Shown here: positions 40,074 to 53,559 of the stretch, piece after piece
Position numbering within the stretch: the stretch's first letter is position 1
Layout: every line of letters starts with the position of its first letter
NCBI GenBank assembly: GCA_027604505.1
Contig: JADIIX010000074.1
Location: forward strand, 1-64,000
Source: Gonapodya sp. JEL0774
Taxonomy: Eukaryota
Direction: 5' to 3'
Length of the DNA: 64,000 nt
Notes under the pieces: generated by a model
Database searches by the model: none
The model's input: the letters and a program-made list of their open reading frames with translations, nothing else
What the model was told of the DNA's origin: nothing
Translations under genes and position numbers: made by a program

Positions 40074-41176
40074 TTACGAGATCATCGGTTCGAGCTCAAT
40101 AATCAATTCGCGCAAGGGCTCCAATTCCCTCTCCTTGTCTTTATCTTTTGTCAGCTTCGCTCCATTTATTCCCGCGGCAGCTAAACCGCTCCCAATGGGA
40201 ATACCCGCTGCACTCGCCCAGCTATTGAGACCCTCCAGGGTGTCGAAGGTCATTGCGAAACATGCAAAATGCGCAAAAAGGGTGTTGAGATGACCCTCAG
40301 TCTGAAGTTGAAGAATTTGGGCATAGTGAGAGTGATATATGTGGGCCAAAATGCGCACAAGGTGTCGGTGAATGGGTCGAATTATGTTCGCAAGGAAGCC
40401 AGGAGGAAAATCGGCGCCTTCGCAAAGAAAAAGGGTTTTGTAAGCATACAATGAGTAAATTGGAAACTCAATACGTTTGTAGAGGGATTCACCAGACTTT
40501 GTTGGGAACTGCGTTTCGTCACTGAGTTGAGCTTGGATTTGTGTAGTTGCAAAATCAACGTATTGTGGTGCAGACACTTTTATACTCCGCTTTGAGCTGT
40601 CAGTCCAGTGGTATTCGCAACTGCAGGTGAGGAAAGGCGAACGACTTCACTTGGAACCCTTATGATCCACAAGCGCCAGTACTTACGTTCCAGCCGACAT
40701 GCTGGGGCACGATGTCGGTGTGCAGAATTCTGAAACTGTTCCATAGAACATGTTGACATATTGGAAGAACTCGAAGGCTGATGCGAGTAACGTTGGAAGC
40801 CGTAGAACGGACTGAACCGAAGAGAAAACCTACTGTTTATTGCCAGCCATTCATTTAGATCCACGTATTTGGGCAGGTCGACCAACCGCTTGATACTGCC
40901 CTGGATGAGGGTTGTTTGGGCATATGGAGATTGAAGGAAGAGTGCTCGATTGGACTGGTTTCCACCACCAGCAGACTTTTTGCGGGATCTTGATGTCAGT
41001 TTCCTGAGCAAGCAGAGAAACGGAATGGGGAGTAGTATATGGAGGTATGCGTTTGGTGGAAAAAGGGCAAGGTGGAGTTATTCCAATGTTGAGGGTACAA
41101 CGAGAACTAGCCAATGGCCATCCAAACGAGCGTGAATATTGCCGGAGATTTAGACGCACCCGAAGAGCGTGGTCAT
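40074..41176 (-). CDS. MOB2: Mob kinase activator, Mob2-type
   Basis: LVDLPKYVDLNEWLAIN, FYGTVSEFCT...CPSMSAG, APQYVDF, FPTKSG, RILAHIYHSH. Confidence 0.85.
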
Positions 41177-41314
41177 TAAATGTGTGTGCGATGGGAGACG
41201 GGATGACAAATTTGAATAGGTCGAGGTCCGTGTGTGCCGCTCTTCGTGGTCATCGAGGGCACCACAGCCAAACACTCTGCGGCGAATACCATTACATCTT
41301 CGTCGAACCCCAAG

Positions 41315-44300
41315 ATGGAAAACATCCTTCGACATCCAAGCTCTAAGAACATGGATATCAGTAGAGTATCTTGGCCAACATTCTCTTCAAATGCTAAAAT
41401 AGCGGCAAGAATGAAGCAACAGCAAGAGAAACTGTTAGAGAGACGATCGTGGGGAACCGATATCCTGCAGATGGCCAAACCGGCGGCAAAACTAGCACTC
41501 ATTGAACAGTCGCTAAAAGTAGCATTGACTCAGACCAGTACGACGGCCGATGTGAGTGACGGCGAAGTCGAACAGGATAGCTTTTCGAACATAGGCGGAA
41601 TAAGAGGACCTCCACTTCCATCTCTTCAAATGCCTTTTGGCATGTTACAAAAAGCAAACGGATTTGTTCAGACTCTTGCCGCAGAGAAACCGGTATCTCT
41701 TTCCACGTTGGAATTACAGCTACTTGCACACCCACACACGAAAGTGCGATCTTGGCTTGAACAAGGAAGTACACGAAGTGGAGCTCCGCCAATTGCAACA
41801 CCGTTACATACGCATGGTGCGAGGGAGGACCCAAGCGCCCCACCCAGATCTCTCTTCGCACGGGAGATTCGCGAGGGTTCGGTCGATTCTCGTACCTTTT
41901 ATCACTCTATCATCACAAGATCTGGGAGCAACCTTGGTCATTCGCCCAGCCCTTTTTTAAGACGGCGGAGCACTATAGGCAAGGACGGAGCCGAGCGTTT
42001 TCGTCGGATTGTGGTTCTTCTCCGAAAGAAAGCCATGGAGCGTACATTCGATGAACGCAAGCAACTGTTTCTCCTCTTGAGACACTTGAAAGCATTTTCC
42101 ACTCTTTCCGACTTCCTCCTCTTGGAACTATGTGGAGTCTTGCACCTTGACGAATTCGAGTCAAAGCGTGTGGTGTTTAATCAAGGAGACCGTGCAAGTT
42201 CTTGGTTTGTTATTCTTCAGGGAGAAGTTGACGTTATCGTGAGAAGAGAAAATGAAGTGGACGACGACCTAAGCGGAAGTCAAGTTGTGAAAGTTGCTTC
42301 GTTGGTGACAGGGGACGGATTTGGAGAAGTTGCTCTCATCAACGACTCACCTCGCATGGCCAGTATATACACGAGAACAGAGTGTTTCCTGTTGAGAGTC
42401 GAGAAAGCCGACTATGTGCGGATCTTGCGGTAAGGCTAAATGGTGTTGTAGAGCAATGAGGCGCAGATTGTATGAACATTTACTGGCTATCTTACACCTG
42501 CAGGTTTGTACATCACAAAGACCATAAGGACAAAGTGCTCTTCCTCTCTGAGGCGCACCTTACACGGGAGCTGCCTCCCTCTTCTCACGATGCCATTGCA
42601 AATATTCTTTCGTTTGTCTCATACCCAGCCGGGACAACAATCATTCAGAGCGGTGGGCAGCTTGACAAGCTGTACATCATGCGAAGTGGAACCTGCGACG
42701 TGTTTGGCGAGCTGGTCATTGGTAATAATGACCGGCAGGATATTGAAAACGAGTGGAATGAAATAAGGGGTCCTGTTGCTGGGGAACGCACATGGGAATG
42801 GCATCATCTTTACCAGGCCAATGCAGAAAATCTAGAATTTAGTGCAAGGCCAGCACCCCGATATGGCAGCCAACGCAGCAACTCAAAGGATGTGAGTTTA
42901 CTGGAGATCTGGTTGGGTCATTACCAAGAATATGAATACTTTGGAGAGCTGGGAGTTTTGGAACAAATGAAAGGACACCGGCTTGACATGAACGATCCTC
43001 AGAATGCAAATGTACGTAGTCCTGTCTCGGTACGCTGTCGTACGCCTGTGGAAGTTGCAGTCGTGTCGATCCCGGATGCTCTAACCCGTTTGAGGAGCTC
43101 GCCGTTGGTTTTAAGCCCGATGTGGACTAATACGCAAGAGCAACTTCTTTCGAGGTATAAATATCTAGTTTTCAAACTGAAGTGGCATGCATTCAAGACA
43201 TCTGTGCTAATCACGTGAAATTGTGTGTACTCCATTCCATAATACAACAGTCAGTGTGATGATGTTTCGTGCACTTTTGGGTCACCTTCCTTCTTCGTAC
43301 AGTATCACGTCCGGCTGCGCCAGATGGCGAATATCATCGATGGCAGGGAGGGCCAGATTGTGCCTGAAACGACTTTTGAACTCACCGTTGCGGAGAATGA
43401 CTCGGATGGTTCTGACACGGAGGAGACCCCGCGCCAACCCCCAGGGCTCTTTCCTTTCTCAATGATTAATGAACTTGAAAGCGGCTTTTCCTCGAAACAT
43501 GTGGATTATCTGGATTCGGTCGGGGATTCCTTGAACAGCTTCTCCCCAATCACACCTCTTCTGACACGAACCGAATCCACTTCGAGCTTCAAGGAAGCTA
43601 CTCAAGCAACTGGTCATGGCCCGAGTCTCCCAGCATCTCCCATCTCTCGAACGTCTTCAACCAGCTCGTTCCAGCACACGCCACAGGGCAGCAACATAGA
43701 CTCACTGCGGTTCAGCGAGACCTCAGGAATGGTGCCCGATGACTTCCAGATCCCTCAAAAGCAACAATGTAAGGATGGTTTTTCTTTGGTACTCGAGTAA
43801 GGATTCAACTCGTCCTACAGATGCCGCCTCTGCCGCCGTTCTCTACGTCCACGGTTTAATGCTGCCTGAGAAAGTTCACATATTAAATCGTACGGTACTT
43901 TCATGTCTTCTCCGCCATGTCCGCCGGTATACTCTCCACAATGTCGCCAGTGCCTCCATTGACTACTCCTCTCTTCTATATCATGCTCAAATGGAAGGAA
44001 ATGAACGAATCCGCAATGCTGGTGGTAGTTGGGGAAATCCTGGCTTTGTCAACGGCGCTCCAAGTAGTGGCGCGTCTTCTATGTTTGCACGATGGTTGGA
44101 CAACGGGTTTGGGGCGACTTGGCTTCTGAACAAAGTTGACGCGACGCTGAGACAACCTCTCATGGATATGTTGAGCACATTTTTCCGCTTTCATTCCGAT
44201 GCTGCGCAAAGGCGAGTGTAGTTGTGTCCGAGATCCAAAATTGAGCACGTTACCTACCTTTTACATCGAAAACAGAGAGAGCATATATGGACTTCTCTGT

Positions 44301-47300
44301 GACGCGCTTCGTCACTTGGCACTTCAGTGCCGTCTCACGGATGTGCCTTTAGCCTCGAATGCATCATCTACGACTTCGGTGCCACACCTCTCTTCCAACG
44401 AGGAGGATGACACTCAGTGCATTCCCCTGATGATTGTTGCGTACTCAATGGGAAGCAGTATCGCCACAGAGTTCCTTAGCGAATATAAACACTACGTGGA
44501 TTGGAAGGAGCGTGCGGGAATGTCTCGCGTCTCCTGCGCGTACGCAGGTGTTGACCCAACAGTTAGATCCTCAACAACTGCCGAAGATAATGCCGATACA
44601 CCTCACTTCCGTCGCTGGGAAGAGCGACTGGGAGTTGCGGGAATGAAATTGCTGCGGAATTGCAAAGTGTACATAACGATGGGAAGCCCTTGCGGCTGGC
44701 AAGTGAGCGTGTGGGATACTTAGTGCTGGAATCTATCCTCTCACCAAGGTCGAACTTAAGTACCCACATCGACCAGCAATTCGTCGCATCCCAGAATCTG
44801 TTGAATGGATCAATCTGTTTTACCGTGTGTAGCGCATGTTTTCACGAGGTCCAAAAGCCAAGTCTCATGTGTTTGTCCTCAGCGTCAGACGTGTTAGCGA
44901 GCCCGCTGGCGAATGTCTACGAAGAAAGTCATGTTAAGGATGTGGAGCTTCCATTTTTGCCCAGAAGTATAGTAAAACAATTCGGGATGAGCACAACCGG
45001 GGCACCCGTCCCCGGAAACCAAGCGGAAGAGTTGGTTCGGCCTGTCATGACCACATGGGCGTCAACCATTCAGGAGCTTACAAATGTCATTTTTTGGCTT
45101 GATATGATGGCGACCCCTTTAAAATGGACACCTATCAGGTAGTTTTTGCATCGTTTGTTTTCTCGTTTTGCTGACACTCTCTTAAGTTATTGTCTTTCCC
45201 CTAAGCCATGCGATTTACCCAGTGGTGAGTAATTCTGTTCGAATGTATACAACTACTGTTGCGATTTTATAAACATTGGCACTAGGATGAGGGCGTGTAC
45301 GAACTGGTTGGGAGAAAAGTTGGATCAATGGTTTTGGACTGGGAAAAGGCTACTGCCGCCATTTCCGCAGCACGCAAAGATGAACGAAAACGCAAGCGGC
45401 ACTTGTCCAAGATGAGCAGAAAAAGGACTTCGACGGACTCATTTAGCACTACCTCGCAGCCTCAAACCCACACTACTGGCAACTTATCAAAGAGACCGAA
45501 TGTCGTGCCGAATTTGTCCAAAGTCGGTGAAACAGTCTCGGAATTTCCGGTTTCCGCCCAAACCCCTTCAAACGTTATTGGGAGTTCGGCTGCCGCACAA
45601 TTTGGTCCGTCATACCTAAACCTTTTCAATTTCCTCCCAAACCCACTTTACTTCCCAACCGGCTCTCACACTCCTTATCCTTTCCACTTGGACCTTCGGC
45701 CATTAACACCTTCCTTCACTGGACCATCTGCCGACAAAGATAATCTCGTTTTTCTGTTCCTTCCCGGAATGGTGACTGGTCCAGATTATGAAGACGAAAT
45801 TGCCAGCGCTGTTAAGGGCTTTTCCTCGGTAGTGAGGCGCATTTCACTCCAGCAGAAGCGTAAAGTCGAGGCTATGCTCGCCGTTGTGGACTACACATCC
45901 ATAGGTGATGCATCTCGCCACGCCAGATGGGAGGGATTCGTATCCCGAGATATTGGTGGCTGGAGATGGGATCCTGAAGAGGGCATGGTCTGGATTGCAG
46001 GCACTGGGGAGGAAGGAATCATCGCTGATAAAGCCCCTGCTTCAACGGATTCAAGGGCAAAGAGTGTTGTGAGTGCAGCGGTTGGCGCTGCTCTGACTGT
46101 GCAAGAGATCATCAAAGGAGGACTGGGTGTTGGTCGCTGGCGGCGATGGTGGCGATGGATGGGTTTGCGCAAAATCATTCTCGAGAAGTTTGCATTCGTC
46201 GTCAGGTGCGGATGGACTCATCGTTTGGTTATGGAAATTTGTCTTACAGCTGACCTGTATTATCTAATCGATAGCGCTTTGACTGAAGCTCCTGTCCAAT
46301 ACTCAATTATTGAAGGAACACGCAACGCGCTTGCAACACTCACGGAAACACTGCGGCAGATGGGCTACACCTCGAAGAAGCCCGCGAATTTGATCATTGT
46401 TGGTCACAGTATCGGTGGTTTCTTCGCTCAAATGATGTTAAACCGTCATCGTGAGGTATTCGAGAATGTGCGAGCAGAGAAATGGAGTAACCTTCCTGGG
46501 TCGCAGAGACGCAAGTCGGGTCACCTGGCGGAAGGCCTCTCTGCAGAAGAGTCGGACATCTTGACTTCGGATTTGGATTCGGACTCGGGACTCTCCACCG
46601 CTGAATCGGGATACTCCGTATCAACTGGTATTTTCCCACTTTCTCCAAGGAGAATTGGTGACCAGGTTACAATAGACACGACTGGGACTGGCAGCGTTCC
46701 AGTGGTTCCATCAGCTGGTCACGGTCTGTCCCCTTTAACATTCAAAACGATCATCACACTCGGCTCGTATCTCAGCTGGGTCGCTGATCCAGCTGAAATC
46801 TTGATACCGGAAGGCATGAAAAACAAATGGGTCAGTATTTTTTTCACTGAAGATTTTTTCAGTGGGCCACTCAGCCCACTGGGCTTAAGGAACGTGAGCG
46901 AGGGATTAGCCGCAGAAATTGGGATCGGTTTGTTCGAAGCTCGACGCTCCATCAAAGCTTCGAGGTCGAAATCGGAGCTGGATTATCGGGGAGCTTTGCG
47001 TGGGGTTGGTACGGGGATCTCTGGCGCCGTTCATAAGATGCTTCATAAACTCGTGGGCAACACTTCCTGTGCTGGCGCCAATGCTCGCAGGAGACACCGG
47101 ACACGAAGCGACGGACTTAGAAAACGCCACAAGCGGGCAAAGAGTAAGGAAACTTCTGTGAAGATGTCCCCACTGGTTCCTGGTGGAAGTCACCTCTCAC
47201 CATCAACCGAGACAGGAATGCCCAGCTCCCACCGCTCAAGGGGATACATGCTTGTTGACAGCTACGGCGAAGTTGTTTCGTCGTCGGCTGAAGTTGATGA

Positions 47301-47898
47301 GGACGACGATGAGCTAGGATATGGATACGATAACGTGGAGGGTAAACGCCGTATATCAGCACAAGCATCAAAAGTACCTTCATCTACCTCCGGGTTCCAT
47401 AAGGTGATCAACGCGACCGCCGACGCCCTATCCACCGCAGCTCAGATTCCGCTGTCTGTTCACGAGCGGATGTGGGACGTTCTCGAGGGTTGGAATGAAG
47501 AGTATGGACTGGATCGGTGGACAGGATTCGTGCGTCGCGTAACTGGACCGTTGGGAGAAGGATACGTGAACGATCCTATCGTTTGGCGTATCATGGAAGG
47601 TGTGGTTGGTGGGATCCTCAAGGACGGCAATGTTGATCCTACGTCAACAGGGGTGTTTCACCTGTTGCAACGAGAGAATAAAGCTCGATCAATGGATCAG
47701 ACCCTCTTTGGGACCTCCACAAGCTCCGGCATAACAAGCAGTCGGTCTAGACGATTGCAGGAGACTTCCTCTATCTTTCAGAATGAGAGCTCCGGAGAAC
47801 TAAATGTGGCCGAAGCAAGGGGCTGGGCAGACAAGCTGATGAACCTCGCCTTGGACATTGTTACACCGGTGAGTGCTTCCAGCCAATGGTCGCAATGA
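41315..47898 (+). CDS. Large protein with two cNMP-binding domains and two alpha/beta-hydrolase-like (DDHD/PA-PLA1-like) domains
   Basis: cNMP: VFNQGD..SWFVILQGEV, FGEVALINDSPRMASI, YIMRSGTC, YFGE. Hydrolase 1: LYVHG, IVAYSMG, ITMGSP, WINLFYPSDVLASPL, SHAIY. Hydrolase 2: IVGHSIG, ITLGS, WVSIFFTEDFFSGPL. Phase-compatible introns link the exons; start codon uncertain. Confidence 0.7.
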
Positions 47899-48011
47899 AC
47901 TGAACTTGTCCTCAAATTTCGCTTTCTGCGAAGATCCCCGCGTTGGCGTTCACTTTGATCCCGGGACCCCCCCAAACTCCACCACGAGCTCCTCTTCGTG
48001 AAAATATCTCC

Positions 48012-49763
48012 TTAGTCTCCCATTTGAAGCGCGTCGGCAGTTGGTACTGGAATGAAAGATCGACGTGACCCGAAGGATTGAACGGCAGAGGTGGACTCCG
48101 AATATGAACAATCTGGTTTTCTAAGCGAATAACAGTACGGACACTCAAAACTAGTATTCTAGCATTATCAGCACTGTTCCCCACGCATATGTACATACTT
48201 CGAAAAAATCCGCTCAACCAGCGGCGCAACCTGTGACCAAATTGTCATGTTCAAACATAAGGTCCGCAATATCAAACTTCCGCATCGATCTACCCACCAA
48301 CTTCCTGGACATGGCTGCGTTCCCTTGTCGGAAAACTCTGACTGAAAATGACACTCCACCACTGCTGCGAACGTCCCATTCTGAGCCTCCCTTTTTCAGC
48401 GAATACGGTTTCAATTCCATTTCAGCGCTCGATACAATATCGGACAAAAAAAACGCAGCTGCTTCAGCCGTTGCCCGCACTGCAACAATCATTTGCCGCT
48501 CAAATTTATCCGCGGATCCGCTTTTGTGAAGCATCACAATCTCTACGTCTAAAGCCTTTGTTGCGGCAAAGTCCACCACCGCTGCAATCACATTATCAGA
48601 TCCATCACGCTTCGCCCACTTATCTACGTCCCACGAAACGGTGGAAAACCCAACGTTGGCTGACTTGGACGGAGAGGGTAGAGGCATCGAGTACAGCTTG
48701 AAATCTCGACGTAAAAGGTCCGCGGAGGATAGATCACGAAGCTCCTTTTTGGAGTCTTTTAGCTCACGGGCATATGTTTGGAAATACGTTTGCTTGGGAG
48801 AGTTGGTGCCGAGCACAGTTATCTGCGTTGTGCCAGGACCTTTGGCAAGGGAGAACATAACTGATGCCATTTCAATGCTAAGCTCATCGGTGAAAAAAAT
48901 GATTAGACAAACGTTGAGTCTTTTAGGGAAAAACAGGTGGTCAACCTACTCTAAATCCGTAACCCGTCCCGAATCAACACTGAGACAGTCCGTATCATGG
49001 AGAATAGGTGCCAAGAGAAGGTCCGCCATTTGCGGTGGAACAACAGAAGGAAGGTCGAGACCCGAATCAACATACAGCTTCGCCACAAGGGATGAGCAAG
49101 ATCCGACTGGAGCGATGACTCTCAGGGCACATTGAGATGTAGGAAAGGCATTCTCATCCACCTTATCAAAAAATTAAGGCCGGTGCCCTTTTTCAAAACA
49201 GATTCAGTCGACAGAGAAACAAAATGCCACGTACGTGGTGATCAACAACTCCTCTCACGGCAGGTGCAAACTTACTCTGCACACTTGCCAATTTGTTGTG
49301 GTCTGTAATAATCAGCTGAAGATCGTTGGAAGTAGCCAGCGCGTCCAGATCGAGCTCGTCCTGGAATCGAGTATGCTCTAGTAGTTTTTGTGACGGGAGT
49401 GCACCTCCTTCCGGAAATGCGTGACGAAACGCTTGCACACACTCGGGACGAATAGGGAGATCGGCACGTGGAAAGTTAAACGCTGGAATGAATGAGCGAG
49501 AACTGTCCGCGCGCGTTAAGTGTTGAAGGTACGCCAGAGCCAGGGCTGACACCATGGAGTCGGGATCTGTGGAGCGGCCGAGATGGAGACAGCATCAATG
49601 AGTCAGAACACCGTCATTGTGTTCTGTGGAAGCATGGCAAGATTTGTTGGTCACTTCACCCACCCCCAGCTTCGTTCCCAATAACTACCGTCACCGTCCC
49701 TGGCCTCGAGAGTGCCGGACCAATATTTTCCAGGAATTGAAGGAACGAATCAAGTGCCTTCAT
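48012..49763 (-). CDS. PPX1: Exopolyphosphatase PPX1/Prune (DHH + DHHA2)
   Basis: VIGNEAGDPDS, ITDHN, VVDHH, VGSCSSLV, ILHDT, DLLRRDFK, FRQGNAAMSRKLVAP; final exon and stop uncertain. Confidence 0.88.
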
Positions 49764-49932
49764 GCGGAGCGATCGATGGAAACGATGGAAGAGTTGATGC
49801 GTCTTCTATATGTTCTCCACAAATAATTATATACGTGCGATATACGCTCCACTCACTCGAGTACAGAAACAAAATTACAATAAGTACAATATGCACGATT
49901 CTTGTTCGCGTGAGGAGTATCCACTGATCACT

Positions 49933-52731
49933 ATGGAGGAGCTCCATGAGGTCGTCCTGGGGGTTCCTTGTGAGTGAACTGCGAAGGGCTCCATGAATTC
50001 GCAATCCCATGAGCTCCCTTCATCCTCTCTACTGAATCGGGTGATACCATGCCCCACAGAGTCGATCTCGATGCCCATCCTCTCTCTGCCCTCCGTCGAC
50101 GACACCATGGCGCTCATCGAACCTTTCACCACTTTCACTGCTTTCCTCATCTCGTTCACCCCAGAGTTGTGACTCGAGAGGCGGTCGCGGATGTGCTGCC
50201 TCAACTGCGGAACCTCATTTTCACGGGTGACATTCAGGAACTCGGGTTTGGTGCTGGTAGAAGCGAACAAACCGCAGTGTCAAGCAACTCTCGGGCGAGG
50301 AAGACTTCTGTGCCAATGAACACTCAGACGAACGAAGCCACAGAAAATTTAGACGGTGTTTTGATGATTAATAACAAGGATGGAACACCTGTTCAAGTGG
50401 AAAACGGGTCTCTCCCATCATCATCATCAGCAGATCCTCAGAGGAGGTACACGGTGGTACGGGGACACCAGCCAGCCATCGATGAGTTGACTACAGTAGC
50501 TGGTCGAATAGTGAGCTTCTCAGCAGTTGGTGGACGGAGCAACGTGGAGCTTATTGCATTGTGACCTGTTCACACAGTGGAATGGTCACGAGCCTCCGGG
50601 AAACGAATCCATTACAGCACCTCCTCCAACCAAACCTCTTAAGTCAGCCAATGTCATTGTCAGGGAAAGAAGGAAACTACTTGCCCACAAGCAAGTGACA
50701 AACGTCGAGGTTTGTTGAATATTTGCGCCAGTTCGTTCATCCATATAGCAAATAGTGTATTTCTTCCGCGGGCATATCTCAGAAACCAGACATTGCAGCC
50801 AGTTCGCCGCTGCCACTACCCACTCCGTCTGCAATCACTCTCACAACTGAGGCAGTTCCCTTTCAATCACCGCCAGAATCACCTCAGCTGGTTCTGGTAC
50901 CAGATACTCAAACCCCACCACAGGAAGAACAAGAATCAGTGAATCTTTTTGTCCCGAATATTTCTGGCTTGTCCTCGATTCGTCGTTCTCCTGCGGTGAA
51001 AACCACAGCTGCAAGCCTCTTGGCGAAAGCCTCACGACTCCCACAAACCTCGAAAACCCCTTTCGCGCCATCTGAACGTCGAAATCTCTTGGAAAATGCT
51101 CTTGCCAACACTCCCGAGACCGAGCCTTCGCATGCCCATGGGCCCTTCCATCGAAATGCTGCGTCACGGTCCGCTATACGCTTCGGGACCGACTTCGCGG
51201 TCCTGCTTGCCCGTGAGCAAGCTCTGCTAGCGAATCAGAGGACCAAGCTCGTTGCCTCATCGGTAGTGCAGGACGTGGCAGTGAAAGAGGTCACGTGGGT
51301 GGAGGTTGCCGAGATGGTCTGGAAAACGTTCCGATTTTTAATGGGGAGGGCAACGTCGGTGTTGTCGCAGGAATTGGCTGACCAAATGATCAAGGCTTTC
51401 GGTGGGTGCGAAATTTAACAGGTGGAGATGTTCGTTTGCGTGCTACCATTTGCTTTCCTGTTCGGAATGCAGAGTCCGATCCGCACCCTCCCACTAGCCC
51501 AACGCTGCCTTCATTTCTCCGCTCCCTTCTGACATCTGGTCGTGTCCTAGAGTCTGATGTCATCAACCTCCGCATGCTTCTCCTGCACTTTCGCCGCTTA
51601 CGAGACCTGCGTGAATTCTGTTTCGATCAAGGCATGTGGTACCTCATGGGTCCCATCGTTTTTCGTGCGGCCACATGTGTTGGTGGTCGTAAAGGAGGCG
51701 CCGGATTACTGATTGTGCTCGATGTCGAGGATGCCCGGAGTGTTCCAGAACGCGGAATTTTAGTGCAACGAAAGCGACCAACTGGGGGGTTTGCAAATGA
51801 CCAAAATGCGAGTGTGGGGCTCCAAACAGTGACTGGTGGCCCAGGTGGTCGATCCACCTTGCCCGGCCACTTGCATCGTGGATCCGTTTTGCCAGCGGCT
51901 CCCAACGCTGTAACTTCTGCAACCATGGTCACTGGCACAGGCAGGTTGTCATTTGAAACCGAGGAGACCAGTGGTGTGCGGGGAGCAGGGATAGTCGGGA
52001 TCCAGGTGGTTGGAGCTGGGGATGCAGCCGGTGGGCGAAATAGCAGGCGCCCGTCGATGGCATCACAAAACGTGAAGCCTGACACTAATCTGAGGCGAAC
52101 CTCTGTGACTGCTACTGGGCGGCAACAGTCGGCTGGGCGACACAACTCTGCGGGGTTGCAGCGTTCGGCGGTGAAGAAGGGAGTGAGGATATCTTCGGCT
52201 GGGAGATCTTCAAGGGGAAATCTTGTCAGTGGAGGGGGGATGAAAGTGAAAATGGGGTTGTCAGCGGCGTTCGCAGATGAAGAGGAACCCAAGCAAGACA
52301 AAAGCGTATCTGCTCCACTTTCAGCCATTCACACCGTCCGCCTCGACGCACCGACAGCTGCCGCCAATCTTCCTTTACCTCTGCATACTGAATTTCACCA
52401 TGATGCTGTTCAGCTCCCCATCCGCCGCCCTCGCGTCGCCTTCACACGGCGTGCATCTGTGGCAACCCCATTGTCTATAAATGGCACGTTTGGTAAGCCA
52501 CTCGATCCGGGAAGCACGTGGATTGATTGGGCGGAGACGTTAGACTACCGAGGGATGGTGGAAACAGTGTTTTGTACTGAACACGTTTTGAGCCCGGTAG
52601 CGGGGCTGCTGGGAGTGATGGTGGATAGGTGGGACGATATTTTTGGTGACAGTGATGGCCAGGCAGGTGAGAGGCTGGAGGAGGAGCAAAACGCATGGGT
52701 GGGGAGAATGATGGTCGGGACTGCAGTGTGA
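49933..52731 (+). CDS. Hypothetical multi-exon protein, no recognised domain
   Basis: Chain of + strand ORFs (50049, 50527, 50939, 51406) joinable through GT-AG introns; 5' end uncertain. Confidence 0.5.
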
Positions 52732-53559
52732 ATGGAAGGGATGGATGAAAAGGGCGATTTCGAAAGTAACAACCTCAGTGCATTTATGGTTTCATAGTTA
52801 ACCGGTATGTACAATATCATAAGATATTTTGCTCAGCGTGTTGTTCCCCCAGTACAAAAACAGGAGAACGAATTTTGGAGCAACCGCCTCACGAAATCAT
52901 GAACACTCAGGACATTCAACAAACTAATGCTAAAGACCGGTATGATAAAGAAATGGCATTTCTATTAAGTTCAAAATGTTTTCGCGACGACAGCATGCAG
53001 TTAATGGCGACAACATCCAATCGAAGGGAAAGGGTTTGCCGCTCCAATTTCCAACCCATTTCGTTGTGGCATAGGAAGGCTTGGCGGAGATTGGTGTCCC
53101 CAAATTTGCACTGTAATATTGGCTTTCTCCCCTGGGAGAAAAAGAAAACCCTGTATCCTTTCGCACTCCACCGACACCGTAAACAGGTCCTGAACTCTAC
53201 CATAAGTCATTCTTGCACAAAGATCGTCAGAGGATCTTGAGAGCTTGCGCTATTGTATACTCACGTGCAGTTCACTTTGGACTTTCTGGACTATACTGGA
53301 TTGTGTGTGCAAGTCAAGCATCTGACCACCTCGGAAAAGAAAAGTGACCTAGCCCGATATGTATTCAAATGTCATCGATGTATTGAGGGTCTTGCAATCG
53401 GTAGTAATGTACGTACTCTGGAATGTTGAGTGAGGGTGCTAAGCATCCCTGACTTTTACACATGGGCCCTGGACCGCCAAGCCTTACGACGCCAGCCCTG
53501 AACCCCGATCCTCCAGCCGCCATGAAAGGTTTCGTCTCAAACCCAAGTGTTCTGTTCTC

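Noticed and set aside
49875..50270. 131-aa minus-strand ORF as an N-terminal extension of PPX1
   Set aside because: PPX1 has a good start at 49763 (MKALDSFL...GNEAGD); this ORF is antisense to the + strand gene
52740..53500. Possible transposon remnant in the gene-poor stretch
   Set aside because: No terminal repeats or transposase/RT motifs recognised
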